From positions 24,634 through 88,633 of the forward strand of contig JBMFIF010000001.1 of NCBI GenBank assembly GCA_049976445.1: a stretch of 64,000 nt of DNA, read 5' to 3'. Below are positions 18,040 to 28,731 of this stretch, in pieces. The notes under the pieces were generated by a model. It was not told the DNA's origin, did no database searches, and saw only the letters and a list, made by a program, of their open reading frames with translations. Within the stretch, counting starts at the first letter, position 1; every line of letters begins with the position of its first letter. Both the position numbers and the translations under genes were made by a program. The stretch is from Thermoprotei archaeon (GTDB lineage Archaea > Thermoproteota > Thermoprotei > Gearchaeales > WAQG01).

Positions 18040-18993
18040 TCACCTTAAGAATCTAAATTTTCTTGCAATCACACCCATAATACCTCTAGGCATGAAAAGA
18101 ACGAGCCCTATAAGTAGGACACCAAAGATTATTGGATGAATATTAGCAAAGGATACTAATGTTGTATATTCAATTGTATAAAGTATAATACCTCCTATTA
18201 GAGGGCCAATTATGGTACCTTGACCACCTAGCATCATAGCTACTAGCATTTTCACATTATAAGTCACATCGAAATAGCCTTCCGTACTTATATATACATG
18301 TAAAATACCAGAAATTCCACCAGCAATACCAGCAATAAATGCACTTAATGCATAGGCACTAAGTTTATAAAGCCGTGTGTTTACACCTAATGCTTCAGCT
18401 GCATCTTCATTTTCGTAAATAGATCTCAATCCATAGCCAAACTTAGAATTGCTAATGTATAAAGTCATAACCATAGTTATTAACAAAAGAATCCACATAG
18501 ATATGTAAGAAGATATCGGGTCATATTTTACGTATCTAGCTAATGGAATACCATACGATCCACCTAATGCTGCAGTATTACTTATTAAAACTTTCATGGC
18601 TTCGTTCATTCCAAGCGTAGCAATCGCAAAATAAGCACCTCTTACTTTGAGTATTGGAGTACCAATTAACAATGCAAAAGCAGATGCTATAATACCACCT
18701 ATTATTGAGAAGATATAGGGATTAATTTGTAACATATAGAAATTTTCTATAGCAACAGCTGTAGCATACGCACCAATACCATAAAAAACTATATGCCCGA
18801 AATCTACGTATCCAGTAAATCCTGTTATCATATTGATACTATATGTAAGTACTAAATATTCCAACATTATAAATAGTACTGGTGTGAAGACTGGAAATTC
18901 GATAAATAATATTATTGTTATTATTTCGAAGATTATAAGAATTAACACATCGGTCTTATTTAAATAAATCATTTCTTTAATATGTCTAAACAT
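18040..18993 (-). CDS. livM: Branched-chain amino acid ABC transporter permease (LivM type)
   Basis: Polytopic permease positioned within the liv operon. Confidence 0.8.
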   Translation of the reverse strand: MFRHIKEMIYLNKTDVLILIIFEIITIILFIEFPVFTPVLFIMLEYLVLTYSINMITGFTGYVDFGHIVFYGIGAYATAVAIENFYMLQINPYIFSIIGGIIASAFALLIGTPILKVRGAYFAIATLGMNEAMKVLISNTAALGGSYGIPLARYVKYDPISSYISMWILLLITMVMTLYISNSKFGYGLRSIYENEDAAEALGVNTRLYKLSAYALSAFIAGIAGGISGILHVYISTEGYFDVTYNVKMLVAMMLGGQGTIIGPLIGGIILYTIEYTTLVSFANIHPIIFGVLLIGLVLFMPRGIMGVIARKFRFLR

Positions 18994-18997
18994 AATT

Positions 18998-19861
18998 TCA
19001 CCTCTTTGAGAATATTCCTGTCGGCCTTATTATTAACACAACTACCAGAATTATAAATGCTATAGCCGGGCTCACTCCTGTAGAGTAGTATGTGCCTGTA
19101 AGACTTTCTGCCTCACCAATTATTATACCACCTAAGAATGTGCCCAATGGATTGCCTAAACCACCTATCACTACTACTGAAAATGCATACAGCGTATATA
19201 TGTTACCTAGATATGGAGTGAAAGGTGTTGTTAATGCTATTAGCGTTCCTCCCAATATTGTAAGCATCACACCAATTCCCATGCTTATTGCATATACTCT
19301 ATTTACACTTATCCCCATAAGAGATGCAGCTTCATCATCTTGAACAGTAGCTCTAATTGATCTTCCTAAATAGGTAAACTTAAGAAACATGAGAAGTGAG
19401 ATCGTAATTATTATTGCTGTAATTGAAGCAATCAATCTATCACCTATTATTGTTATATTACCAATACTGTAGGATGGATAAAGTATTGGTAATCCTCTTA
19501 TATCAGCTTTCCAGTATATAAGCATTAAATTTTCTATCATCAATGCTAGACCAAAAAGTACTAATAATGATGAAAGTTCCGGAGCTTTCACAACTCGTTT
19601 CACAAGAGAAAAATATATCAATAGCCCTATGAGAAAACCTAATGGTAATCCTATTATCAGTGAAGAGAGCGGATTCATTTTATAGATTACAAACATCCAA
19701 AAGGCAATGTATGCACCGAGTATTGTTAGTGTTCCATGTGCTATATTAATTATTCGCATCACACCCCAAATCAATGTTAACCCTAATGCAATCAGACCAT
19801 ATATTGATCCCGATAAAAATCCATTTATTAATGCTTGAATTAAAATCTGAAATTCATTCAT
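18998..19861 (-). CDS. livH: Branched-chain amino acid ABC transporter permease (LivH type)
   Basis: Polytopic permease positioned within the liv operon. Confidence 0.8.
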   Translation of the reverse strand: MNEFQILIQALINGFLSGSIYGLIALGLTLIWGVMRIINIAHGTLTILGAYIAFWMFVIYKMNPLSSLIIGLPLGFLIGLLIYFSLVKRVVKAPELSSLLVLFGLALMIENLMLIYWKADIRGLPILYPSYSIGNITIIGDRLIASITAIIITISLLMFLKFTYLGRSIRATVQDDEAASLMGISVNRVYAISMGIGVMLTILGGTLIALTTPFTPYLGNIYTLYAFSVVVIGGLGNPLGTFLGGIIIGEAESLTGTYYSTGVSPAIAFIILVVVLIIRPTGIFSKR

Positions 19862-19909
19862 GGACTCTAATCACCACGTAAAAAATAAAAGAATTTTAAA
19901 TTATTTTCG

Positions 19910-21214
19910 TTAACCCCATGCAGGTTTAGGATATAACGGTTGAGCTGACGCTGCTTCTGGAGGCCAAACAGTATATTTTTTTCCATTCTGCCATTGTATT
20001 AAAACCATTTTGTGTGCTATTTGCAGTCCAGTTACAGGATCTATTTTAAACTCACCAAAGAATGTTTTTAAATCAAGAGTATTAAAAGCATCACGCACCT
20101 TCTTAGAATTAAGACTTTGAGCTTTTTCTATTGCAGCTTGAAGTACTAGCCCTGCCATAAAACCACCAGCTGAGTGATAAGTTGGGGTTTCATTAAACAT
20201 CGATTTATACATTTGTATAAAATCTTTAACTGAAGGCCCATAAGTTGCGTTATATTTAACGTCAGGTTCCCATTGAGAAGGCCCAAATATATAATTGGCA
20301 TCAGCACCTAATGATTGATAGAAACTATCTTCTGGTGCAGCAACTATGATTGAAAATAATTTTGCATTGACATTCAATTGTTTTGCTTGTTTTATTAATA
20401 ATACCCCATCAGCGAAGTGCCCACCACCTATTATCGCATCAGGATTTGTGGCTTTTATACTAGTTAATATTGGAGATAGATCAGTGGCAGTTGATGGATA
20501 TTTATCATAAAAAACGACAGTAAATCCGTTCTGTTCTGCATATTTTTTAGCACCTTCAGCTACCGAAGCTGAAAACACATCATCACTATAAACTATTGCA
20601 ATTTTTTTGGCACTGGGATCTTTAGCTTTAATAAGATCAAGCGTTGACCAAAGGTATTCTGAACCTGGAGTATATACTTGGACGACATACTTGTATCCCT
20701 GTTGATGGATGCTATCAGCAGCCGCACCAGTAGTAACTATTACTTTGCTATGCGCTTCAGCTATAGCTGCAGCAGTAAGGGCTAATGGGCTCGAATAAGG
20801 TGATATGAGAAAATCAACATTATCTTGAGTAATTAGCTTTTCATAAAGTGCTGTGACTTGGTCTTTCTTACTTGCATCGTCATAATATATTATTTTTATA
20901 AAGTACCTGGTTCCATTAACGATTATTCCACCAGTTTTATTATTTACCCAATACTGCCATAATTGGATACCATGTAATTGCCTTGTTCCTTCAACAGCAT
21001 ATGAACCAGTTAAAGATGTTGTAAAACCAACTTTAATTATACCTGTTGGCATAGTAGTGGCAGTTGTTGTAGTCGTAACAGTTGTTTTAGTAGTGGTAGT
21101 TGTAACTGCTGCAGGTCCTCCTCCACCAAATAAAGCATACCATGCAGCTATTATTGCAACTATTACTATTATCACTATTATTATTCCGGTTAGACGAGAA
21201 ATAGCACGCTTCAT
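19910..21214 (-). CDS. Branched-chain amino acid ABC transporter substrate-binding protein (LivJ/K-like) with N-terminal membrane anchor and Thr-rich linker
   Basis: A type I periplasmic-binding fold follows a TM anchor and a TTTTTKTTVTTTTTATT linker, as is typical for archaeal solute-binding proteins. Confidence 0.8.
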   Translation of the reverse strand: MKRAISRLTGIIIVIIVIVAIIAAWYALFGGGGPAAVTTTTTKTTVTTTTTATTMPTGIIKVGFTTSLTGSYAVEGTRQLHGIQLWQYWVNNKTGGIIVNGTRYFIKIIYYDDASKKDQVTALYEKLITQDNVDFLISPYSSPLALTAAAIAEAHSKVIVTTGAAADSIHQQGYKYVVQVYTPGSEYLWSTLDLIKAKDPSAKKIAIVYSDDVFSASVAEGAKKYAEQNGFTVVFYDKYPSTATDLSPILTSIKATNPDAIIGGGHFADGVLLIKQAKQLNVNAKLFSIIVAAPEDSFYQSLGADANYIFGPSQWEPDVKYNATYGPSVKDFIQMYKSMFNETPTYHSAGGFMAGLVLQAAIEKAQSLNSKKVRDAFNTLDLKTFFGEFKIDPVTGLQIAHKMVLIQWQNGKKYTVWPPEAASAQPLYPKPAWG

Positions 21215-21553
21215 TTTTTATAGCACCAAAATTTTTATCATATTCACTGTTTATAAAGTTTGCTATATTTTCTTATAGAATTATTCAAACATAAAATCTA
21301 TATACTAAAAGATTTCCTCTATGCCTTAAAGAGTTAGACTTTCATCTTGTTGTAATTTTTATAGTTTAGTTATCTATTAAAAATTCAAGAATTAAATAAA
21401 AAGCAGATTATATAGTTGAATGATCTTTATTTCTGTGACATATAAATTTAAAAAATATATTTATAAATAGCAGAATTTTTAAATTTGTTTTGATGATTTT
21501 TGTAACTAATTATTTTGTAAGTAATTTTATCTTTATTTTTTCTGTTATGAGGC

Positions 21554-22219
21554 TTGGTGATACTAGTGCGTGTATCAACTGTGGTGTATTCGGCAATTTT
21601 TGGGAGTTTAGCAGCATCTATTACTATGCTTAAGTTGGAAATACCATTTCCTGTGCTTCCGTATTTAAAGTTTGATTTTGCAGAGATTATTGATGTTTTT
21701 GCATTTTTAGTTTTTGGTCCTGTTGTTGGTCTTGTCACGACTACGATACATTGGTTGTTGCTTAATTTTCATACTGAGTGGCCTATAATTGGTCCTTTGA
21801 TGAAGTATGTCGCTGTTCTTTCTATGGTATTAGGGTTTTGGGGTGGTTCTATATTGTATAAGAGATTTAACGGTTCATCGATACGTGGTCTTATTGTGTC
21901 TATGATCATTTTTGGTTCGTTAGTTCGTGTTATGTTCATGACTTTGGCTAATATAATTGTCATATATCTTATTTATGGTACTGGTTTCTTTAGTTACGCT
22001 AACTATTTATTAAGTAGGTTAGGTTTGTTGTTACAGGGTGATTTTGCAATACTTTTTTGGATTTTAATATTTACGGGAATTTATAATGTGGTTCATGTTT
22101 TTATCTCAACTATACCTGCTTATAGTGTATTGAAGTATGTGACACCTATGTTTCCGGTTAGAGTGTCTGATGTGTGGGTTTATAATTTTATTAAGGATAG
22201 AGGCTCAAAACGTATCTGA
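21554..22219 (+). CDS. Small polytopic membrane protein, ECF-transporter S-component-like (putative vitamin uptake); likely GTG start
   Basis: About 6 TM helices in 221 aa, with loose RibU/ECF-S resemblance. It sits in a 340-bp AT-rich divergent intergenic region. Confidence 0.3.
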   Translation: MVILVRVSTVVYSAIFGSLAASITMLKLEIPFPVLPYLKFDFAEIIDVFAFLVFGPVVGLVTTTIHWLLLNFHTEWPIIGPLMKYVAVLSMVLGFWGGSILYKRFNGSSIRGLIVSMIIFGSLVRVMFMTLANIIVIYLIYGTGFFSYANYLLSRLGLLLQGDFAILFWILIFTGIYNVVHVFISTIPAYSVLKYVTPMFPVRVSDVWVYNFIKDRGSKRI

Positions 22220-23290
22220 TATCTTTTTAACTTTTCCAGTATTTTCTGTTGGTTGTATACCTGTTAATAATTTTATTAAATTTTGTTTAAATGTTCGTGA
22301 GGAGAGTAGCATAAGAAACCTCTTTACTGCTGGATTCTTAATTGATTGATTATTGATTACAAAGTCGTATTCTTCTAGAACTAGTGGTATAAAGTCTAAG
22401 CCGTATTGATCTGCAACTGTTCTTATTCCTAACCCTACATCGGCATATCCTTTAAGTATTATTTGGGCTATTTCAGCGTGTGAGTTAGCTTCATGAGGGT
22501 AATATCGTATAGAATTTTTTGCATCTTCAAAATTAATCCGAAGCTTTTCTGCTGTTTTGTAAAGTAATGCCTCAAAGAGTATTCTTGTTCCTGAGCCTAC
22601 ATTTTTATTTACGAAAATTCCTTTTTTAGCAATAATGTCAGCTATGTTTCTTATTCCTTTTGGGTTACCTTTTCTTATTATTAATCCCTGCTCTCTTTTA
22701 TACCCTTTTACAAATGTTATGTTTTTCAGATTGAGCTTTTTTATGTAAGGTTCATTGTATTTTTCACTTTCTGGATCTAACAGATGTATTCCTGCAATAT
22801 CAGCCTTTCCTTTTTCTACACTCATTAGACCGTTTAAAGATCCTACATTTTCTACATGAAATCTCAGTTCTGGGTTTTTTGATGCCATCATCTTTAATGC
22901 TAATTCTACACCGGGACAGTGGCTGCCAACAATACTTATATCACTATCAATAACGTATTTTTTGAAAACATCTTGCAATTCTATTGATGCATATTTTGTA
23001 AATAGTTCATATCTTCTCAATAATTCTTCACCTGTTATGGTTAATTCTGTCCTTCCACCAAATTTTCCTCCTCTTACTGTGATCACTAATGGTATTTTTA
23101 AGGCATTACTAGTCTCATTAAGTTTTTTCCATGCATACCTGTATGATACATGTATTTTTTTAGCAGCTAGGATTAAAGAACTGCTTCTTTTTATTTCTTT
23201 AAGTAATTCAATAAGTTCTTCATCGATTACTACATTGTTAAAAATAAAATTAAGCTTAGTTTGGAGTTTAAATTGTAGCATATTTTCCAC
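22205..23290 (-). CDS. Transcriptional regulator: ModE-type N-terminal HTH fused to a periplasmic-binding-protein-like (oxyanion-binding) domain
   Basis: The N-terminal LILAAKKIHVSYRYAWKKLNE matches the ModE HTH. The C-terminal ~240 aa form a PBP-like fold. It neighbours the wtp/mod-type ABC transporter. Confidence 0.55.
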   Translation of the reverse strand: MENMLQFKLQTKLNFIFNNVVIDEELIELLKEIKRSSSLILAAKKIHVSYRYAWKKLNETSNALKIPLVITVRGGKFGGRTELTITGEELLRRYELFTKYASIELQDVFKKYVIDSDISIVGSHCPGVELALKMMASKNPELRFHVENVGSLNGLMSVEKGKADIAGIHLLDPESEKYNEPYIKKLNLKNITFVKGYKREQGLIIRKGNPKGIRNIADIIAKKGIFVNKNVGSGTRILFEALLYKTAEKLRINFEDAKNSIRYYPHEANSHAEIAQIILKGYADVGLGIRTVADQYGLDFIPLVLEEYDFVINNQSIKNPAVKRFLMLLSSRTFKQNLIKLLTGIQPTENTGKVKKISDTF

Positions 23291-23404
23291 ACTACTAAAA
23301 CATCACTAAGTTTGCTAATAACCTTTTATTAAGATTGGTTTAGAATATTTCTTATTGTAAGCCTTAGAAAGTGTAAGCATAATTTTTCTATCAACAGTTT
23401 ACAT

Positions 23405-24544
23405 TTATAGTAATAATGCTGCCTGTTTTATAATAGGATCTGTGAACTCGTTTCTTTCATTTATTATCGAGTGCTTTCTTAAATGTTGTAGTATTTCGTA
23501 GAGAACTCTGTTACTTATCGATCTTCCTTCAATATTTTCTAACTTGTTTTTTATTAATCCCCATTCTTTTACGTCCTGTGCTAATAATTTTAATACTGTC
23601 TGATATCTCCTGCTAATACGTTGTTTAATGAAGTTTTCTAGTTCTGTCTTTGCTAATTCTATAGCCTCCTGCTTTATTGTCTTAATACTTTCTATTCCGT
23701 GTAGTCTCATGTAACCATAATATGTAAGCCAACCAATAATACCATCTAATTCTTTTACAACTTCTTCTAACTCTTTTCTTGATATTTTTACATTATTCTC
23801 GTTGAAACCCTTCTCAAGGAAATCTATTGATTCATCATGTGTGAATTTTCTGGTCCTAATCTCAATAAAAGGCCTACCATAGAGTGGTGAACTTGTATTT
23901 TCAAAGAATCTATGTAAAAGACCCATTTCCGAGCCTGTTAAAACAAAAGTAAGGTTTTCGTGATAATCATATGAATGGGCTATGGCATTAATAAGCTCCA
24001 ATTCAATTGTACCTCCTATTCTTTGGAACTCATCAAAAACAATTATAACTCTTGTATTAGCTTCGATTCCGGCTTTATTTATTAACTTAAAAATCTCTGA
24101 TAGTAAAAGTCTATCTTTACCCCAATCAAACGATATACCTACACCTGATATTGAGACACCTTTAAATCCATATATGAGATTTTTTAAAGATTCAATTAAA
24201 CTTTTGAACCTAGATATTGAAGAAATTAGTTCGTTTAATCCTTTAGAAAGCAAAACATACAATTCCTTTCTTGATAAAAATCCTTCCCTGACATCAATGA
24301 AAATGTAAGGTTTTTTGGATTCTTCTAAGCTCGTGAGTACAAGAGAAGTTTTTCCAGTCCTTCGTAATCCGCTAACGACGATTAATTGCGTATCAAAAGA
24401 TTTCAGTAATAGATTCAATTCATTATCAAAGTTGTATAAATCCTTTTTAGATCTTTTAGGTTTAATGTCAAATAACATATTTCCACACCGAAAATAAGTT
24501 TCGTAACGAAACTTTATAAATCTTTCTACAAAAGTCTGTGACAC
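23405..24544 (-). CDS. Archaeal ATPase (Arch_ATPase/PF01637 with C-terminal DUF234 wHTH)
   Basis: Walker A GLRRTGKTS and Walker B IVFDEFQ are present, with the characteristic C-terminal DUF234 domain. Confidence 0.7.
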   Translation of the reverse strand: MSQTFVERFIKFRYETYFRCGNMLFDIKPKRSKKDLYNFDNELNLLLKSFDTQLIVVSGLRRTGKTSLVLTSLEESKKPYIFIDVREGFLSRKELYVLLSKGLNELISSISRFKSLIESLKNLIYGFKGVSISGVGISFDWGKDRLLLSEIFKLINKAGIEANTRVIIVFDEFQRIGGTIELELINAIAHSYDYHENLTFVLTGSEMGLLHRFFENTSSPLYGRPFIEIRTRKFTHDESIDFLEKGFNENNVKISRKELEEVVKELDGIIGWLTYYGYMRLHGIESIKTIKQEAIELAKTELENFIKQRISRRYQTVLKLLAQDVKEWGLIKNKLENIEGRSISNRVLYEILQHLRKHSIINERNEFTDPIIKQAALLL

Positions 24545-24786
24545 TCTAAAACAAGCATCGTTTTAAAATTGCAAATCTAAAATTCTTATCTAGCATTATC
24601 TTTTAAAGATAAAAAAACTATACGCTCAATGGTCTTGTTTTAATGATGCTTAGGCTATTTTAACGTTTAATGTATGATTATTTGCGCTCATTATCATGGT
24701 TATTCTATGTGTTTTTAGGTACTAAATGGTTTCTATGGACTTCATCCATCAACTAATGTAGTTAAATTTATATTCGATATGAATTA

Positions 24787-25824
24787 TTGTACATATCGGT
24801 GATTTTTGTGGGATTATGGGATAAGTATGGAAAAGTCATTATGACAATAGTCACGATAATAGTGTTCATTATTGGTTTTTATGGAGGTTACATGTACGGA
24901 TATAATAATGGTTTTTATGGAGCGTCTTTAAATGTTTTTAGAGTAGTTCATGCTGGTAGTCTTACAGTACCTTTTCAGCAAGTTGAGAGTATGTTGAAAA
25001 ATAAGTATCCTAACTTGGTTATTGATGATGAAGCTTTTGGAAGTGTTGATGCAGTTCGTCAAGTAACTGATTTGGGTCGTGAGTTTGATATTGTTGGTGT
25101 GGCTGATTATTATGTAATACCAGCCCTTATGATACCTAAGTTTGCAAATTGGTATATTGTTTTTGCTGGTAATGAAATGGTTGTTCTTTATACTAATAGG
25201 AGTAAGTATGCTTCAGAGATTAATGAAAGTAATTGGTATAAAGTAATTACACGTTCAGGAGTTATTGTAGGAGTTTCAGATAAAGATAGAGATCCCAGCG
25301 GTTATAGAGCAGTATTAGTTACTAAGCTTGCTAGCATGTATTATTATCATGATAATCATACGTTGTATGATGTGCTTTATAAAGATAAATATTCCAAAGG
25401 TGAACTTGTAATAAAACCTAAAGAAGTTGATTTATTAGCACCTTTAGAATCTGGACAAATTGATTATGTAATATCTTATTATTCGTTAGCTGTGCAACAT
25501 CATCTGAATTATGTGACTCTTCCTCCTCAGATTAATTTAGGAGATCCAAAATATGCCGAGATTTATTCTAAAGTTTCGGTTGTAGTTAATGATAAGATCA
25601 TAGATGGCAAACCAATAATGTACGCGTTGACAATACCTTATAATGCTCCTAACAAGAAGTTGGCAGTAGAATTCATTAAGATTCTTTTATCTGAAGAAGG
25701 TAGGAAGATCATGGATTTAAGTGGACAGAAAAGTTTTTCTCCGGCTTATGTTTATGGTAATGAGAATTTGCCAAACGAGTTAAAAGATTTATTATCTTCT
25801 GAGTTAACACCAATTCCTGGTTGA
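24787..25824 (+). CDS. Tungstate/molybdate ABC transporter substrate-binding protein (WtpA/ModA-like)
   Basis: An N-terminal anchor is followed by the VVHAGSLTVPF motif of oxyanion-binding proteins; 345 aa. Confidence 0.65.
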   Translation: MYISVIFVGLWDKYGKVIMTIVTIIVFIIGFYGGYMYGYNNGFYGASLNVFRVVHAGSLTVPFQQVESMLKNKYPNLVIDDEAFGSVDAVRQVTDLGREFDIVGVADYYVIPALMIPKFANWYIVFAGNEMVVLYTNRSKYASEINESNWYKVITRSGVIVGVSDKDRDPSGYRAVLVTKLASMYYYHDNHTLYDVLYKDKYSKGELVIKPKEVDLLAPLESGQIDYVISYYSLAVQHHLNYVTLPPQINLGDPKYAEIYSKVSVVVNDKIIDGKPIMYALTIPYNAPNKKLAVEFIKILLSEEGRKIMDLSGQKSFSPAYVYGNENLPNELKDLLSSELTPIPG

Positions 25825-25830
25825 GGGATT

Positions 25831-26649
25831 ATGCGTAATTTAACGTTCTTATTAGTATTTTTTTCATTGATTTCATTTTTTAGTATTTTATTTATTTTAT
25901 TGCCTATTTTTTCTCTTTTATTAAGTAGTTCTCCGCATACTTTAATGTATTATGTTGCTGATTCGCAGGTAATGTCTGCTATTTTAGTTACTATTTTATC
26001 AGCTGCGTTTGCTGCTATTCTTTCATTTATTTTTGGTACACCATTGGCTTATATTTTAGCTAGGTATGATTTCCTAGGCAAATATATTATTGATTCTATT
26101 GTCGAACTTCCTATGATAATTCCTCATTTAGTGGCAGGAATATCATTATTAATAGTGTGGGGTCCAAGGGGTTTGCTTGGAACAATTTTATCGTCCCAGG
26201 GCATTAAAATTACTGATACGTTTTTTGGAATTGTGATAGCAGAGTTATTTGTTAGTTTTCCGCTTTATGTGAGGTCTGTTGAGAGTGCTATTAAACTTAT
26301 TGATCCATCGTTGGAGAAAGTATCTAGAACTTTGGGTGCTTCTCATGGTTTCACTTTTTATAAAATTGTATTGCCTCTTATAAAGAATTCTGTTTTTACT
26401 GGTCTCATAGTATCATGGGCTCGTGGAATAAGCGAATTTGGTGCAGTAATAGTATTAACTTATGTAATACTTTATGGACCTTTTTCTGGAAGCATGCCTG
26501 CACCAGTTCTTATTTACAATGAATTTACAACAAGAGGATTGTACAGTGCGTTGCCAATAACATCATTATTGGTATTAGTGAGCTTAGTGTTGTTTATAAT
26601 ATTTAAGATTATTCAGCGGAGAGGTAATGTTTATGGTCCTTATGGTTAA
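25831..26649 (+). CDS. Tungstate/molybdate ABC transporter permease (WtpB/ModB-like)
   Basis: The EAA-loop region (GASHGFTFYKIVLPLIKNSVFTG) is present in a 6-TM permease. Confidence 0.8.
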   Translation: MRNLTFLLVFFSLISFFSILFILLPIFSLLLSSSPHTLMYYVADSQVMSAILVTILSAAFAAILSFIFGTPLAYILARYDFLGKYIIDSIVELPMIIPHLVAGISLLIVWGPRGLLGTILSSQGIKITDTFFGIVIAELFVSFPLYVRSVESAIKLIDPSLEKVSRTLGASHGFTFYKIVLPLIKNSVFTGLIVSWARGISEFGAVIVLTYVILYGPFSGSMPAPVLIYNEFTTRGLYSALPITSLLVLVSLVLFIIFKIIQRRGNVYGPYG

Positions 26650-27694
26650 GGATTTGCGTGTCAGAGTTGGTTCTTTTATGTTACGAGACATATCGTTCAA
26701 AGTACCTAATGGTTCGTACATGGTAATATTGGGTCCTACTGGTTCTGGAAAAACTACTTTACTTGAAAGTATAGCTGGATTAAAACCAATCATTAGAGGT
26801 CAAATGTTTATCGATAATGTCGAAATAACCAACTTACCACCTGAGAAAAGAGATATCTCGATGGTATTTCAAAATCTTGCCTTATTCCCTCATTTGACAG
26901 TTTATGAAAATATCGAATATGGATTATTAGCTAGAGGTTTTTCTAGAAAAGTTCGAGAAGAGAGAGTAAGTGAAATGCTTAAACTTTTTGAATTAGAACC
27001 TTTAAAAAACCGTCGTGTAACGAACTTAAGTGGCGGTGAAAAGCAACGTGTAGCATTAGCTAGAGCTTTAGCTGTCAAACCAAAAGTTATCTTACTAGAT
27101 GAACCATTTTCTTCTTTGGACGTAAATACAAAGAAACAATTTTGGAAGGAAGTTAAAAAATTATTAAAATATTATGAAATACCAGTATTACATGTGACAC
27201 ACGATCAAGAAGAGGCTATGTATCTAGGTGAAATAATTGCCGTAATGGAGAATGGTACTATTATAGAACAAGGATCTGTTGATCAGATCTTTTTAAAACC
27301 TAGGAGCAAATTTGTTGCGGAATTTCTCCAGTATCAGAACATATTTACTGGTGTAGCAAAAAGTAATGAAAACAACATGAGTACAATATCTATTGATGGT
27401 GTTAAATTTTTTATTCCTGGAAAATATGATGGTCGTATAATGATAGGTATTAAACCTGAAAATATATTAATAAGTAAACTAATACCCGAATATTCTACAG
27501 CACGAAATATACTAAAAGGTTCAATAACTTCAATTGAACCACTTGGTCCTACAATGATAATAACTGTAAATATCAATAACTTACCGATCAAAGTTATGAT
27601 AACGCGAGGTTCTTTTGAGGAGCTCGAATTAAAACAAAACGATATGGTCTATCTTATAATAAAAGCATCTTCTATCATAGTTTTAAGCGAATAA
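26627..27694 (+). CDS. Tungstate/molybdate ABC transporter ATP-binding protein with C-terminal TOBE/Mop domain (WtpC/ModC-like)
   Basis: Walker A GPTGSGKTT, signature LSGGEKQR and Walker B ILLDEP are present. A C-terminal TOBE-like beta domain follows. Confidence 0.8.
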   Translation: MFMVLMVKDLRVRVGSFMLRDISFKVPNGSYMVILGPTGSGKTTLLESIAGLKPIIRGQMFIDNVEITNLPPEKRDISMVFQNLALFPHLTVYENIEYGLLARGFSRKVREERVSEMLKLFELEPLKNRRVTNLSGGEKQRVALARALAVKPKVILLDEPFSSLDVNTKKQFWKEVKKLLKYYEIPVLHVTHDQEEAMYLGEIIAVMENGTIIEQGSVDQIFLKPRSKFVAEFLQYQNIFTGVAKSNENNMSTISIDGVKFFIPGKYDGRIMIGIKPENILISKLIPEYSTARNILKGSITSIEPLGPTMIITVNINNLPIKVMITRGSFEELELKQNDMVYLIIKASSIIVLSE

Positions 27695-27696
27695 TT

Positions 27697-28617
27697 CTAT
27701 ACTTTCATAATGTTTGTTATTAATTTTTCTGATATAACATCTTGATTTCCTGATATTATCAATGAAGCAATGTAATTTCCAAATTGAAGACATAAACCTA
27801 ATGGTAAATTCTTCAAATATGCAGCATAGAAACCTGCTATAAATGCGTCACCTGCACCCTTTACTGATAATACCTTTACTTTGAATGCTTTTTCTTTAAT
27901 TACATTATCCTCAAAAATAGCAAGAGAACCTTTAGAACCAAGCTTTATGACTTTTATAGGAGGCTTCATGCTAGCTAATTTACTAACTGCTTCTTTTATA
28001 CTCTGCGAATTAGTTAATGTTATGTATTCTTCAACATTCCCAAATAAGAACGTTAATTTTTCTAATACACTATTAAGATATTCCTTTTGTATATTTTTTA
28101 TTCTTGGAAACAGATCTAAACCAATTTTAATATTCTTTTTAGACAATACATTAAGTAATGTCATAAATTCATCATAATCAATAAGTTCTAATGCATACCC
28201 TGATACATGAAATATTTTTGGGTTGGTATCCTGTATCTTTTCAATATATTTATTAATTTTTGATCCAATATGATAAATCGCTCTTCGTGCACCACTCTTA
28301 TTAATAATACTTATCACAGTATATACTTCATTGTCATGATGAACAGTTAATAATAAGTTTTCTTTTCCTATCTCGCATTCTACGAAATTTTTTAACAAAT
28401 TACCTACCGGATTATCGCTTAGTGATGAGATAAACATAACAGATAAACCAAGCTTTTTAGCGATCCGTGCAACATTACTTCCTGAACCCCCAAGTGATAT
28501 ATCAACCTTTTTAGCTTCTCTCTGATTACCTAAAATTTCAATGTTTTCAGAATAATACACATCAATATCTAAGCATAAATCTCCTATAACTACTAAATCA
28601 TAATTGAGATCTGCCAT
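27697..28617 (-). CDS. PfkB-family carbohydrate/nucleoside kinase (ribokinase-like)
   Basis: The N-terminal GDLCLDIDVY and C-terminal GAGDAFIAGF motifs are both present. Confidence 0.75.
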   Translation of the reverse strand: MADLNYDLVVIGDLCLDIDVYYSENIEILGNQREAKKVDISLGGSGSNVARIAKKLGLSVMFISSLSDNPVGNLLKNFVECEIGKENLLLTVHHDNEVYTVISIINKSGARRAIYHIGSKINKYIEKIQDTNPKIFHVSGYALELIDYDEFMTLLNVLSKKNIKIGLDLFPRIKNIQKEYLNSVLEKLTFLFGNVEEYITLTNSQSIKEAVSKLASMKPPIKVIKLGSKGSLAIFEDNVIKEKAFKVKVLSVKGAGDAFIAGFYAAYLKNLPLGLCLQFGNYIASLIISGNQDVISEKLITNIMKV

Positions 28618-28670
28618 ATCCTATAGTTAAAGAAAGTTAGTATTTTTAAATATTAATGGATTACTACACA

Positions 28671-28731
28671 GAGACTGTCCACTTATTATGTAGAAATGAT
28701 GTTGTGGTTGATGGCCTATCTGGACAGCCTC
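28671..28731. mobile_element. 61-bp MITE-like element, copy 2 (TIR GAGACTGTCCA / TGGACAGCCTC), flanked by 8-bp direct repeats ACTACACA
   Basis: It is ~88% identical to the copy at 9748-9808. An exact 8-bp duplication is present at 28663-28670 and 28732-28739. The element is inserted about 54 nt upstream of the pfkB-family kinase start, distal to its TATA-like box. Confidence 0.6.

Noticed and set aside
21057-21278. 73-aa plus-strand ORF encoding a poly-Val/Thr run
   Set aside because: It is antisense to the Thr-rich linker of the liv substrate-binding protein and is a low-complexity artefact.
21448-21738. 96-aa minus-strand ORF in the 340-bp AT-rich divergent intergenic region
   Set aside because: Lys/Asn-rich low-complexity translation of promoter DNA.
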